The notes beneath the pieces are model-generated. The model searched no databases. It was not told the DNA's origin and saw only the letters and a program-made list of their open reading frames with translations. A DNA stretch of 64,000 nt, taken from Raja brachyura (lineage: Eukaryota). Location: assembly GCA_963514005.1 (NCBI GenBank), contig OY740791.1:45074001-45138000 (forward strand), given 5' to 3'. Position numbers and translations under genes: made by a program. Shown here piece after piece: positions 1 to 11,484 of the stretch (position 1 is its first letter; the number at the start of each line of letters is the position of its first letter).

Positions 1-402
1 AGAAAATACACAAACCGAAACGGAGAATCCTAAGTTAAATAAGAATTCAAAAAAACGCTAAATGTTCTGCGCCTAACTTCACGCCGACACCTATTTTCTA
101 TGTTTCTAAAAACGTCTATCGGGGTCTGCTGGGTCATGTGCTTGCAAAGCTACTGCAAGCAAGATTTACTTTGCAGCATTGCAGCATTGCCTCTGCTTTC
201 TATGCATGTACGTGTCAATAAACTAAGCTTGACTTGGACGTGAGGAAGCCTCTCTCCAACCATCACTTCCATTAAACAGGGAGTCGGTTCAACAATTGGC
301 CAACTGAAAGTATTATGTTGTCGAACACCTTCTCCAAAAATTGGAAAGCGATAATGAAATACCCTTTTCAAAGAAGGGAAAATTATGTTGTCGTGATATG
401 AA

Positions 403-926
403 GGGCAACTGATGCAGATTCAGGTCAGAACGCACGTCTCTTTTATCAGATGATGAAATCTACCGACCCCGGTTTGTACAACGTTAGACAACATTTCGGA
501 GAAGTGAGAACATCGCGCAATAGTTTGCAGTCAGGTACTGCTTTACAAACTGTAGCCATCTTGCTTAAGGACAATGGACAGAGTTTGGGAAAATTTATCT
601 GATCCAAACGTTTATTTAATTGTCATTTTCCGTTGCACTTCCGTGGTCTTTCTTCTGATCACCATTCTATTGATTGGCATCAAGTGTAAACAGGACAGAA
701 ATATTATCCAAGAGTATTACTCCCCCAGTTAACAATCGTGTGGTTTCGCAAGTCACGTTTAATGGAAGATCGGCGATGGAGAAAACTTACGGTATCCTTG
801 GACAGGGCGGGCAGTCCGCGGGCCAGATCTGAATCAATACTAGGTATGTCTGTCTCCATTCAGCGAAAAACGATTGTTCTCCTCCTGAAGCCATGTGATG
901 CTGCCACCTCTCAAAGCCAATGCTAA
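403..926 (+). pseudogene. Truncated protocadherin pseudogene (3' half of EC6, TM, cytoplasmic tail only)
   Basis: GGCAACTGATGCAGATTCAGGTCAGAACGCACG... matches the MATDADSGQNAR codons of intact paralogs. It ends ...CAAAGCCAATGCTAA like genes 1/2. It has two internal deletions near 580-600 and frameshifts. Upstream sequence 1-395 matches the far-upstream spacer of gene 2 (~12300-12680). Confidence 0.9.
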
Positions 927-2764
927 ATTCCGCTGTTACGTAGATTGAAGAATGCCATTTTTGTATGCGGCCATTTTATTTCTGCCGGGGCATGTGAAAC
1001 AGTGCGAGTGAATTATTTAGAAAACTTACACATTTTTCTCTAACGCTTAAATGGGAGTACGGTTATAATTGAAAAAGTAAAATGTCCTGCAACTGCAATG
1101 AAAATATCTTGAAATTGCATGTTTTATTTCTGAAGGCAGTCCTTCTGTTTGTCAATGGATAATGTGCACAAACGCGTTGCCATTTAGTCTATTACGTAAC
1201 GGATTTGGGTAGCTGGTTCCATTAACGTGGCTGACGTACTAATGTGCGAAAGTTGCGTTGAAGAGTTTAATGATTGGGTACCCATGTATTCTAGAAGACT
1301 TATTGATAGTTCGTGCAACAAAATACACATATAATAATAATCAATAGGTGAAGGATATAATTAAGCGCATTTTTTGTAACACAACTCTTGCCTGATGCTG
1401 AAATTGTGAGCACGGCTGGCTAGAGGAACTCAGAGAGTCTGGGAGCACCTGTGGAGAGAAACAGACAGATGACGTTTGATGACGAGCCCGTCATGACTAG
1501 TGGAGAGGTCCGTTCTACATAGAGAAAGGTTAGAGCAAACTATATCAAGTGGTAGTTGGATCCAGGTGAGGAGGTGATTTTTGGCAGTTGCTTCTTGTGG
1601 AGGATAGCACAGGTTGAGGAGACCTGGCTGAGTCTCCGTTTGTAGATGAACGAGAGTGCCCTGATGTCATCCTGATGCGGAATGGAAATGCAGAGCGACG
1701 CCGTCTATTGTAAAAATGAGGATTGGCAAATACAATGCAAGTTGTTAAAATAGTGGAGAGCACGTGAAGTGTGACTGGGAATAGTGAGCATATTTGGCTG
1801 CACATACGGGAAACAGTAGCATTTTATGTTGGGAAATAGGCAGTTTGGCATGCTGTGAAAGTGAGACCAGTTTGGAAATAGCAGAACAGGTGAGGAACTG
1901 GTGAGTATTAATGGAATAAATGTATTGTGTCTAAAAGGAAGGACAAACGCGAACGAAAGTAGTAGCACGCGTAACCGTGAGGTTCAAATTGTGCTTTTTT
2001 TGTTCCGTGGAAGGTACTACTAACACGCACAGCAATCGGGAAGAGATCGATTCTCAGCGTTTTCTCGCTACCCGCCTTCTTGGATGCAACAAGAACAGGT
2101 TTTCCCTATTTGTTATCTTGCCCTCTCAGACATGCATATTCAATGCAACTTACCTCAATTCAAACAACATTCCGTCACTGTGTACATATTTCCTTTCCTT
2201 GCCTGTTTAGCAGTTCAAAGGTATCGCTCATTCATCAATCCCTCTTCTAGTCATTTGACCCTACCGGCCACTCACTAGCCTTTTGCAGTTTCCTATGAAA
2301 CCACAAAACGTGTAAAGTTCGTTCTTTTACCAGTTCCACCGTACAGGTCCCTAAATTCTTCCCGGTGAAGCAGTGAAACTTGCTTTTATATCAATAAAAT
2401 GTAAGTATTTGGTCTTCCCGATGTAGTAACAGTGTATTGGAGACATTGAAATATGGTTTTATGATTGCATTGTAGTGCACGCGCGTACAGTCTGCAGGAA
2501 TTACAATATTTTTCCACGTTTGTTTAACATTTTCATTCACAATTTCACACTAGGTAAGGGGTGGGAGATTGCAACCTTCACGTTCAAACAGAACAAGTTG
2601 TCTTACAACTTTAGGTTGTGCACGCCATACGCTAGAAGAAAACACTAGGTAACATTTTTGTCTCTGATTTCCATCACTGGTGAAACAAGGGCAAAGCAAA
2701 GGCGCACGCTTGAGAAATAGCGTCACCTCTTCCACATGGAAACGTTGCAACGTTCCCCTTTTGT

Positions 2765-3255
2765 TAAACACTTTCATTCTCCTTCCTACTCCCACACAGA
2801 CCCTTCTGTCCCAGGTCTTATCCATTGTCAGAGTGAGGCTAAACGCAAATTGGAGGAATAACATTTCATAAATCGGTTGGCAGCTTACAGCCCAGTGGTA
2901 TGAATAATGATCTCTCTAACTTCAAGTAACCTCGACATTCGCTCTCTCTCTTTCCCTCGCCACCCAAGTCGCAATAGCTTCTCGTTTTCACCCAACAAAC
3001 GCCTAACAATGGCCTGATTCCTTTATCATCGTTACTATTTTGCAAATCGTTAATTCATGCACCATCGTTCTCTGCAGAACTCTGCACCATCGTCTATACC
3101 TCTCGATTCCTTGATCCCAAACAAGTCTGAAGGATAATCTCGACCCGAACTGTCACCATTCCTTCGCACCAGAGATGCTGCCTGTCCCGCTGAGTTACTC
3201 CATTTTTTTGGTGTCTATTTTCGGTTCAAACCTGGATATGCAGTTCCTTCTTACA
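2765..3255 (+). mobile_element. Penelope-like element 3' fragment (GIY-YIG C-terminus plus pseudo-LTR tail)
   Basis: Degenerate coding for HF.SPS.SHTD.SV.GL.HCQSEAKRKLEE.H...LQPSGMN.D.SNFK, followed by the tail GATGCTGCCTGTCCCGCTGAGTTACTCCA typical of chondrichthyan Penelope repeats. Confidence 0.75.
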
Positions 3256-3339
3256 TGCTCACCTGTTCACGTCTCCACCACCTCCAAATGCAACATTCCC
3301 TTTTTCAGAAATGATTAGCCATCCGGTCGGCTTTAAAAG

Positions 3340-3650
3340 TACTCCCTCTGATCCTAAAACCCATCTTCTCGTTTTGGTGCGCCCTACCATTGGATATATC
3401 TATTGGTCATCTTCCCTATCTGTGCCGCTCATGATTGTGACATGGCTCCGCTCAGCTGTGTTCACTCAAGGGAATACTGTTAGCCAATCCTATCTCACCT
3501 CATGACGTAAACTCTCCCTTCCTGGCAACGTTGTTTGGAGTGTGGCCTCCTCCCACTCTGGCTTAACGCAATCACTTATATATTGTGCTTACCACACGTA
3601 CACACAATAATTCAAATCCAGCCTAACCAATGTTTTATTCAGCTATAATA
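3340..3650 (-). mobile_element. Ancient CR1-type LINE 3' fragment, present in the paralogous spacers (also ~10810-11120, ~17540-17820, ~32230-32470, ~39990-40290)
   Basis: The minus-strand translation of the paralog at 40101-40292 (NKTLHWLDLNYSVQVYAAHCRK...) resembles the CR1 ORF2 C-terminus YKTLVRPHLEYCVQFWSP. Confidence 0.5.
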
Positions 3651-3782
3651 ACCTCACCTCTTACAATCAGTACCGCTGCTGACGGAGGCAACCATGCCAT
3701 ATACCTTCTGCACGACTATAGTACACCTCAACTCTTACATTCAGTACCGCTGCTGAGGGAGGCAACCATGCCATATGCCTTC
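3651..3782. repeat. Local direct duplication of ~58 bp
   Basis: ACCTCACCTCTTACAATCAGTACCGCTGCTGACGGAGGCAACCATGCCATATACCTTC at 3651-3708 recurs with few changes at 3725-3782. It is single-copy in the paralogous spacer (~11130-11185). Confidence 0.85.
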
Positions 3783-5494
3783 GGTGGGACCCGGTCCACC
3801 ACTGTTCGCATTTTTAAAGAACAAGTGTATTTCATCGGCAATCCCCGTCTGTTCAATAACCTGAACATGTCCTTGCTATTAGCCATACACCACAAAAACG
3901 ATGAAGCACCATCGTTTTTGCCCCGCTCACTTATATTGAAGTGTCCTCTGGATATATATTTATTTGGGCTTGCTCGCTGAGAGAGATACCTGCTTTTTTC
4001 TCCTTTACTTCAGATACTCGCTCTTATGACCAAATAACATATTTTGAATATTTCAATGTTTAGATAAAGGATCAAGGCCCGAAGCATTGATTGTATTTCT
4101 GTCCTCGGATGACATCTGAATCAATTAGTGTTTTCAGCATTTTATGTTGCACATGTAACGGTTGCACCGTCGACTGCTTACCATTCATTTGCAAAATAGC
4201 GATAGCAGCATGCTTCTTGTTTGGTGGGAGGGATGATCCCTAATCTCACCGGTAGTTTTTCGTGTTGATTTGGATTTTTTGGCAGATTTAATTACATTTA
4301 TTATTCGGTTGATATAAATTTTATTAGATTTTTTTTCTTCCAGTTTCGTGTGGTTCAGCAATTGTAAAACCCTTGTGTGATAATGGAATATAAAAGGTGA
4401 AACCCAGTGCTAACTTGAGAACAACGTGCAATTGAAATCCAATTAACCAAGTGTGGTATCAGAAGTGTTTAGTCATTTTTCGACCAATGGAGAACATGAC
4501 TAATGCATTTCGTTTGATTAGTGATGGCGTAAATACCATCCTCGACGCCATAAGTAATTTCCCCCATTCAAACATTGCTGGGATCTTGTATGACGATGAA
4601 CATCCACTGCAATCCCCAATAGCTGAAAGGAAACTCTAATATCCTAAACACATTACAAGTACTTTGGGCCACTTTGCTAACGTTCACTAAAAAGGCCATT
4701 TTACACGGTAAGTGTGGTACCAAGAAATGTATGTTGACCCGGGCGCATTTTAAATGAGAACAAATTTGCGGATTAACGGGCAATTCAGTAATTTATTTGC
4801 AAATTGCAGAAACACAACCAATCAAGAAACAAGGAAAAAGGAAAAGAATCTCAGGTTAAATAAGAATTCAAAAATTCACAATATTTCCATGGATGTTTCC
4901 CACAACAAGCAAGTTATCTGCTTGTTAAGCTGCTGCTTGCAAGATTTACATTGCAGCAGTACCTCTGTGTCCTATGCATGCACAAGTTAATAAACTCGGC
5001 TTGTCTTGGACGTGACGATGCCTTTCACCAACAATAACTTTAAACAGCAACTTGGTTCAACAATTGGTCAATTGAAAGTATTCACGAACACCTTCTCCAA
5101 AATTTGGAAAGTGATAATGAAATTATCTTATCAACGAAGGGAAATTATGTAGTATATGAATAGAGATACTGCCCGTCTCGGTGAGTTACTCTAGCGTTTT
5201 GTGCTATCTTCTTATATTTTCTTACTACCCTAATGTGCGATTGTAAGGGGTCAAACATGTGTAAGCAAAGACTGTATATCCGATATGATATGTTGCATCA
5301 TATAAATAACGATGCCAAATATTTATTCGTTATGGAATTTTGACTGAACTGACACAACATTTTTACTTTCTGGGGATAACCCACTTCCGACGTGCCTGAT
5401 GTGATTTTCGAAGTAAAATGAAAAAAAAACATTATTCAAGCTTATTTTCAAAGAGGGCGTTTTATGGTTGTACACCATTAAATGTATAGGAGAG

Positions 5495-5630
5495 CAGTAC
5501 AGCTTTAAGAATTGTAGCTGCAGTTGTGGAAAAGAACTGGTCGTGTCGCTGTCTACCAATGAAAAGCTCAAGTACACAGATGGATCCATTGTCCCGCCCA
5601 CATCCCAGAATAAAGACGTCAGACGCGACG
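5495..5630 (+). promoter_or_regulatory. cPcdh promoter with conserved sequence element (CGCT box, putative CTCF site), gene 1
   Basis: AAGAACTGGTCGTGTCGCTGTCTACCAAT with CGCT at 5547-5550, then CCAAT, a GC box and ACGTCA. The same block lies about 250-260 bp upstream of every intact ATG. Confidence 0.85.
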
Positions 5631-5795
5631 AGAAAGGCGAGGAGAGCTTGCGTTTCGATTGCCGAAAAAGGCTGAGGAGGATAGATATCCCATCTGTTTC
5701 GATTCGGTATTGGGAATATATATGAATCATTTTATTGTGGTTGGACTATTTACCGGAGAGAGGCCTGGTGTTGGACTTTGACAGATCACGGAACA

Positions 5796-8180
5796 ATGGC
5801 GTACCTACCGAGGATTGCCTTAACTGCGTTTGCTTGCATATTTGCGATTGGTGCACCGGGACTAATCTCCGGGCAAATTCGTTATTCTATTCCCGAGGAA
5901 TTGAAGCAAGGGGCATTTGTTGGGAATATCGCTGTGGATTTGGGCCTGAGCGTACGGCAATTGTCAGCTCGCAAATTTCGACTGAGCTCTGAGGACGGAG
6001 GACGGTACATGACGGTTAGTTTGGACAATGGAATCATGTCTATTCGTGAAATAATCGACCGGGAACGTATTTGTGGACGGCATGATCAATGTACTATACG
6101 TTTCGAAACAATACTGGCAAACCCTTTGGAGGTGTATGACGGCGAATTGGAGATTCTTGATGTAAATGACAATTCCCCCACTTTTCCGCAAAGCAGTATT
6201 GCCTTACAGATATCGGAAGCGAGTGCACCCGGTGTACGTTTCCGACTCCAGGGCGCGGATGATCCCGACATTGGTACAAATACTGTGGCCACCTATACAA
6301 TCAGTTCCAATGAGCACTTTAGTCTAAAAACACAGAAATCTGAAGACGGTGTTATAATTGCCGAATTGCTGTTAGAGAAATCTTTGGACCGAGAGATGCA
6401 ATCATCATTTCAACTCATGCTTACTGGGATTGATGGCGGAACTCCTCAGAGATCAGCCACAGTTCCGATTCTCATTACTGTATTGGACTTCAACGATAAT
6501 CCGCCTGTGTTCGACCATGATATTTACAGAAGCAGCGTAAGCGAGAATGCGTCGCGGGGTACGTTGGTGCTGAAAGTCCAAGCAAATGATTTGGACGAAG
6601 GACTGAATGCGGAGCTGACATATTGTTTCAGTGACGTTGCTTTGCGAGGAGTGCAACATGTATTCAGTTTGGATCCACGCACTGGGGAGATTCGAGTTCA
6701 AGGGCCTCTAGATTTTGAAGAAGTTAACAGCTATTCTCTCGATATTCAAGCCCAGGACCATGGTCCTCCTGCAATGACAGGGCACTCCAAAGTGTTGATC
6801 AAAGTAATTGACGTGAATGACAATGCACCTGAGATAAGGATAACATCAGATTCCAACAAAATCCAGGAAAATATGCCACGAGGAAGTTTTATATGTCTGA
6901 TTAATGTGATTGATCGTGATTCTGGAGCGAATGGTCAAGTGCGTTGCGAGATACAAACGGGCGTCCCATTTCGACTGCAAAAGAAATCGAACCACTATAA
7001 ATTAGTCACCAGTGAAACGTTGGACCGTGAAGCGATCTCTGAGTATAACATTCTTATTTCAGCCTGGGACTTGGGGTCGCCTTCACTATCATCAAATAAA
7101 ACCATCCAGATTGCTATTTTGGACGTAAATGATTACGCACCGCAATTCGCTGAGTCATCCTACAACATATATGTAATGGAGAATAACGCTCCGGGTGTAT
7201 CCATTTTCACAGTAACTGCAACAGATCACGATCTGGATCAAAATTCCTATCTTTCCTACTCCTTTCTCGATAATCATATCCAAAACATGCCAGTATCCAC
7301 TTACCTCTCCATTAATTCAATGAACGGTACCATTTACGCGATGCGTTCCTTTGACTATGAGGAATTTAAGAACTTCCAGATCCATGTACAGGCCCGTGAC
7401 GCCGGGGTGCCTCCGTTGAGCAGCAGCGCTACGATGAATGTGATAATCCTGGATCAAAATGACAACGCGCCGGTAATTGTGTCACCTTCAGAACAGAGTA
7501 AATCGGCGGCAGTGGATACCGTACTCCGCTCAGCGGGTGAAGGGTACTTGGTCAGCAAGATAATGGCAACTGATGCAGATTCTGGTCAGAACGCACGGCT
7601 CTTATATCAGATAGTGAAATCTACCGACCCCGGTTTGTATAACATTGGACAGCATTCTGGTGAAGTCAGAACATCGCGCAATATTTTGCAGTCGGATACT
7701 GCTTTACAAACTCTACTGATCGTGGTTAAGGACAATGGACAGCCAAGCCTGTCAAGCACAATTACAATGAACATTAGAGTTTTGGGAAACAGCAGCGAAG
7801 GAATCAGCGAAAGCAGTACCTTGGTGAAGACCGCAGAATATTTCACTGATCCGAACGTTTATTTAATCGTCATTTTCAGTTGCACGTCCGTGGTCTTGCT
7901 TCTGATCATCATTTTGTTGAGTGGCATCAAGTGTAAACAGGACAGAAATATTATCCAAGAGTATAATTCCCCCAGTTATTGTTACAATCATGGGGTTTCG
8001 CACGGCACGTTTAATCGAAGACCAGCTATGGAGGAAACATTGTGTTATCCTGGGACGGGACGGGTAGTCCGGGGGGCAGAACTGAATCAATACTCAGTCT
8101 GTCTGTCTCCAGAGTCAGCGAAAAGTGATTTTCTCTTCCTGAAGCCACGCGGCGCTCCCACCTCTCAAGCCCAATGCTAA
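5796..8180 (+). CDS. Clustered protocadherin gene 1 (signal peptide, EC1-EC6, TM, short cytoplasmic domain)
   Basis: IRYSIPEE..GAFVGNIA EC1 start; repeated DxNDN, LDRE/LDFE and AxDxG motifs; TM YLIVIFSCTSVVLLLIIILL; QYSVCLSPESAKSDFLFLKP tail. ATG in ACAATGG context; the ORF-track start at 5778 is TTG. Confidence 0.95.
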   Translation: MAYLPRIALTAFACIFAIGAPGLISGQIRYSIPEELKQGAFVGNIAVDLGLSVRQLSARKFRLSSEDGGRYMTVSLDNGIMSIREIIDRERICGRHDQCTIRFETILANPLEVYDGELEILDVNDNSPTFPQSSIALQISEASAPGVRFRLQGADDPDIGTNTVATYTISSNEHFSLKTQKSEDGVIIAELLLEKSLDREMQSSFQLMLTGIDGGTPQRSATVPILITVLDFNDNPPVFDHDIYRSSVSENASRGTLVLKVQANDLDEGLNAELTYCFSDVALRGVQHVFSLDPRTGEIRVQGPLDFEEVNSYSLDIQAQDHGPPAMTGHSKVLIKVIDVNDNAPEIRITSDSNKIQENMPRGSFICLINVIDRDSGANGQVRCEIQTGVPFRLQKKSNHYKLVTSETLDREAISEYNILISAWDLGSPSLSSNKTIQIAILDVNDYAPQFAESSYNIYVMENNAPGVSIFTVTATDHDLDQNSYLSYSFLDNHIQNMPVSTYLSINSMNGTIYAMRSFDYEEFKNFQIHVQARDAGVPPLSSSATMNVIILDQNDNAPVIVSPSEQSKSAAVDTVLRSAGEGYLVSKIMATDADSGQNARLLYQIVKSTDPGLYNIGQHSGEVRTSRNILQSDTALQTLLIVVKDNGQPSLSSTITMNIRVLGNSSEGISESSTLVKTAEYFTDPNVYLIVIFSCTSVVLLLIIILLSGIKCKQDRNIIQEYNSPSYCYNHGVSHGTFNRRPAMEETLCYPGTGRVVRGAELNQYSVCLSPESAKSDFLFLKPRGAPTSQAQC

Positions 8181-8342
8181 ATAACACTGGTACGTAGATT
8201 GAAGAATGCCAATTTTTTTTTATGCGGCCATTTTATTGTTGCTGGGGGATGTGAATCAGTGCGAGTGCATTGTTTAGAAAACTTACCCTTGTTGCATTTT
8301 TCCCCCTGTCGCTTAAATGGGAGTACGGTTGTAATTGAAAAA

Positions 8343-8348
8343 AATAAA
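8343..8348 (+). terminator. Putative polyadenylation signal AATAAA, gene 1
   Basis: About 163 nt after the stop; the same position is conserved after genes 2, 3 and 4. Confidence 0.55.
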
Positions 8349-10130
8349 ACTGGAATGAAAACATTTTGAAATTGCTAATTTTATTTCTGAAGGCAGTCCT
8401 TCTGCTTGTCACTGGATAATGTTCACAAACTTGTTGCCATTTCGTCAATCACATAAATGATCTGGGTACCTGGATCCACTTACTTAGCTGAAGTGCTAAC
8501 GTGCGAAAGTTGCGTTGAAGAGTTTATTGATTGCGTACCCATGCATTCTGGAAGGGTTGTTGATAGTTCGTCGTACAACAAAAATGCATGTAACTATAAT
8601 AATAATCTACATAAGAAGGAAATAATTAAGCTCATTTTTATGATATTCATGAAATAAGTTGAAATTATGAGCACGACTGGCTGGAGGAACTCAGTGAGTC
8701 AGGTAGCACCCGTGGAGAGAAACAGGCAGATGACGTTTGGTGTCGAGCCCATCATGACTACAGGAAAGTTGCATTGTTGTTAGAAATAGAGGAGGGGAAG
8801 GCTTAGAGAAAACAATATGAAGTGGTAGTTGGATCCAAATGAGGAGGGGACTTTTGGCAGTTGCTTCTTGTGGAGGATAGCACAGGGTGAAGATAACTCG
8901 CTGAGTCTCCATTTTTAGATGAATCAAAATGCCTTGATGTCATCTTGATTCCGCCTTGATGCGGAATACAAATGCAAAGCGACGTCATCCATTGTAAAAA
9001 TGAGGGTTGGCAAAAGAAAGTAAGTTATTAAAATGGTGGAGAGCACGGGAAGAGCGACTGGAAACACAGAGCACATGCGGGTAACAGCAGCATTCTATGT
9101 TGAGAAACGGACAGTTTGGCGTGCTGCGGAACAAGTAAAACCATTTTAGTTTGAACGTAGTACAACAGGTGAGGAACAGGTGAGTATTAATGGAATAAAT
9201 GTATTGTGTCTGAAAGGGAGGAGAAAAACGAGCGAAAGTAGTAGCAGGTGTAACCGTTAGGTTCAAATTGTGTTTTTTGCTCTATGTAAGCTACTACAAA
9301 CACGCCCAGTAATCAGGAAGGGATCGGTTCTTCACATCTCACTATCCGGCCCCTCTGGATGGAACAAGTACATGGTTTCCCCATGCGTAATCTTCCACTC
9401 ACAAACGTTCACATTCAATGCAAATTACCTCAATTCAAACAAAATTCCGTCACTGTGTACAGATTCCCCTTCCCTGCCTGTTCAGCAGTTCATACGTATC
9501 ACTCATCCATCAGTCCCCATCCTAGTCATCCGACCTTACCGGCCACTCACCATCCTCACCATCCAATGAAACCACAAAACGTGTAACTTTCGTTATTTTA
9601 CCAATTCTTTTCCAGCGTACAGGACGCCAAATTGTTCCCGGTGAAGCAGTGATCTGCTTGCTCTTCCGTCAATATAATGTAAATATTTGTCTTCCCACTG
9701 TGTTAACACTGTTTTGGAGACGCTGAAAGATGGTTGTACCATTGCATTGTAGCACACGTGCGTACAGTCTGTAGGAATTAAACAGTTTTTTTTCCCTTTT
9801 TTTTAATATTTACATTCACAATTTCACGCTAGCTATTCCTTTTTTCTCTGATTTCCAGCACTGTTGGAACAAGGGTAAAGCAAAGACGCACGTTTGGAAA
9901 ATAGCGTCTCATCTTCCATATGGACACGCCACTGTTGTATGTTATCATTTCTGTTTAGTCTTGCACTCTTGTGTGCCGAAGTGTTGTTCATAGAAACAAA
10001 CCATTCGTTACATCGCATCTACGCCGACCATCATGTTTATCTGTACTAATTCCACACTTGCATACATTCCTTATCCATCAATTCCCTACATATTCATATT
10101 CCCATTAAGTAACGTTTACATACTTTGCTG

Positions 10131-10712
10131 AAATAGACACAAAAAGCTGGAGTAACTCAGCGGGACAGGCATCATCTCTGGAGAGAAGCGATGGGTGCTG
10201 GGCGTTCGTTTCGCTGAACACCTTCGCTCAGTCCGCCTGAACCTACCCGATCGGCCGCTCGCTAAACACTTTATTTATCCTTCCCTTTCCCACACAGACC
10301 TTTCTATCCTAAGTCTACTCCATTGTCAGAGTGAGGCTAAACGTAAATTGGTAGAGTAACATCTCATATCTTGCTCGGGCAGCTTACAGCACAGTGGTAT
10401 GAATATTGATTTCTCTAACTTCAAGTAACGCCGGCATTCCATCTCTCTCTATCCCTCCCCACCCAAGTCGCACAGGCTTCTTGTTTTCACCCACGAAACA
10501 GCTAACATTGGCCTGTTGCCTTTATGATCGTTACTCCTTTTGCAAATCTTTCATTAATTGTTCTTCATCTCTCCACATCATCGTCTACCTCTCTCGTTAC
10601 CCTTATCCCTAACAAGTTCCTTATCTCCAGGGATGTTGCAAGTCCCTCTGCGTTATTCCATATTTTTGTGTCTAGCTTCGGTTTAAACCAGCATCTGCAG
10701 TTCCTTCTTACA
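10131..10712 (+). mobile_element. Penelope-like fragment with inverted 5' tail piece
   Basis: 10131-10197 is the reverse complement of the Penelope tail (AGACACAAAAAGCTGGAGTAACTCAGCGGGACAGGC). It is followed by ...RFAEHLRSVRLNLPD...KHF...HCQSEAKRKL... on the + strand. Paralog of 2765-3255. Confidence 0.75.
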
Positions 10713-11340
10713 TACTTACCTGTTCCCGTCTCCCCCACAGGAACTGTCATCTCAATCCACATGCGACATTTCCTTGTTCAGAAATGATTAGCCATCCGGT
10801 CGATTTTAAAAGTACTCCTTCTGATCCTAAAACCCATCTTCTAGTTTTGGAGCGCCTTACATTTGGATATGTCTACTGTCCATCTATCCTATCCGTGCTG
10901 TTCGTGTTTGGGCCATGGCACCGCTCAACTGTGTTCACTCCAGGGAATACAGTTCTAGCCTATAGAATCTCCCCTCATGACATAACCCTCCCATCCTGGC
11001 ACCGTTCTTTGGAGTGTGGCCTGCTCCCACTCTGGTTTAACCCAATCAGTTATATAGTGTGCTTACCAGACGTGCACACAATAACTCAAATCCAGCCTAA
11101 GCAATGTTTTATTCAACTCCAATAGACCTTAACTCTAACAACCTACACCGCTGCTGACGGAGGCAACCATGCCATAGGCCTTCTGCACGACCCTGTCTTC
11201 CACTCTTCACATTTTTAAAGAACAAATTGCTTTCGTCCAAAATCCACATTTGTTCAATGGCCTGAACATGTCCCATTACCTTGCTATTCGCCATACACCA
11301 CTGAAGCAATGACGCATTATTTGTCCCCGATCACTTATAT

Positions 11341-11484
11341 NNNNNNNNNNNNNNNNNNNNNNNNNNNNNNNNNNNNNNNNNNNNNNNNNNNNNNNNNNNN
11401 NNNNNNNNNNNNNNNNNNNNNNNNNNNNNNNNNNNNNNNNNNNNNNNNNNNNNNNNNNNNNNNNNNNNNNNNNNNNNNNNNNNN
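11341..11484. other. Assembly gap (N run)
   Basis: 144 N characters. Confidence 1.

Noticed and set aside
3651-3782. Repeat-spacer-repeat pattern resembling CRISPR
   Set aside because: Only two 58-bp copies in eukaryotic DNA with no cas genes; a simple local duplication.
5964-8090. Recurrent antisense ORFs inside each protocadherin exon
   Set aside because: Shadow frames of paralogous coding sequence with inconsistent starts and stops. Antisense lncRNA transcription cannot be judged from sequence alone.
8160-8180. C-terminal SQAQ resembling the Pcdh-gamma constant region (WRFSQAQR)
   Set aside because: A four-residue match without the flanking PNxDW motif; likely coincidence. The terminal QAQC is also not a CaaX box.
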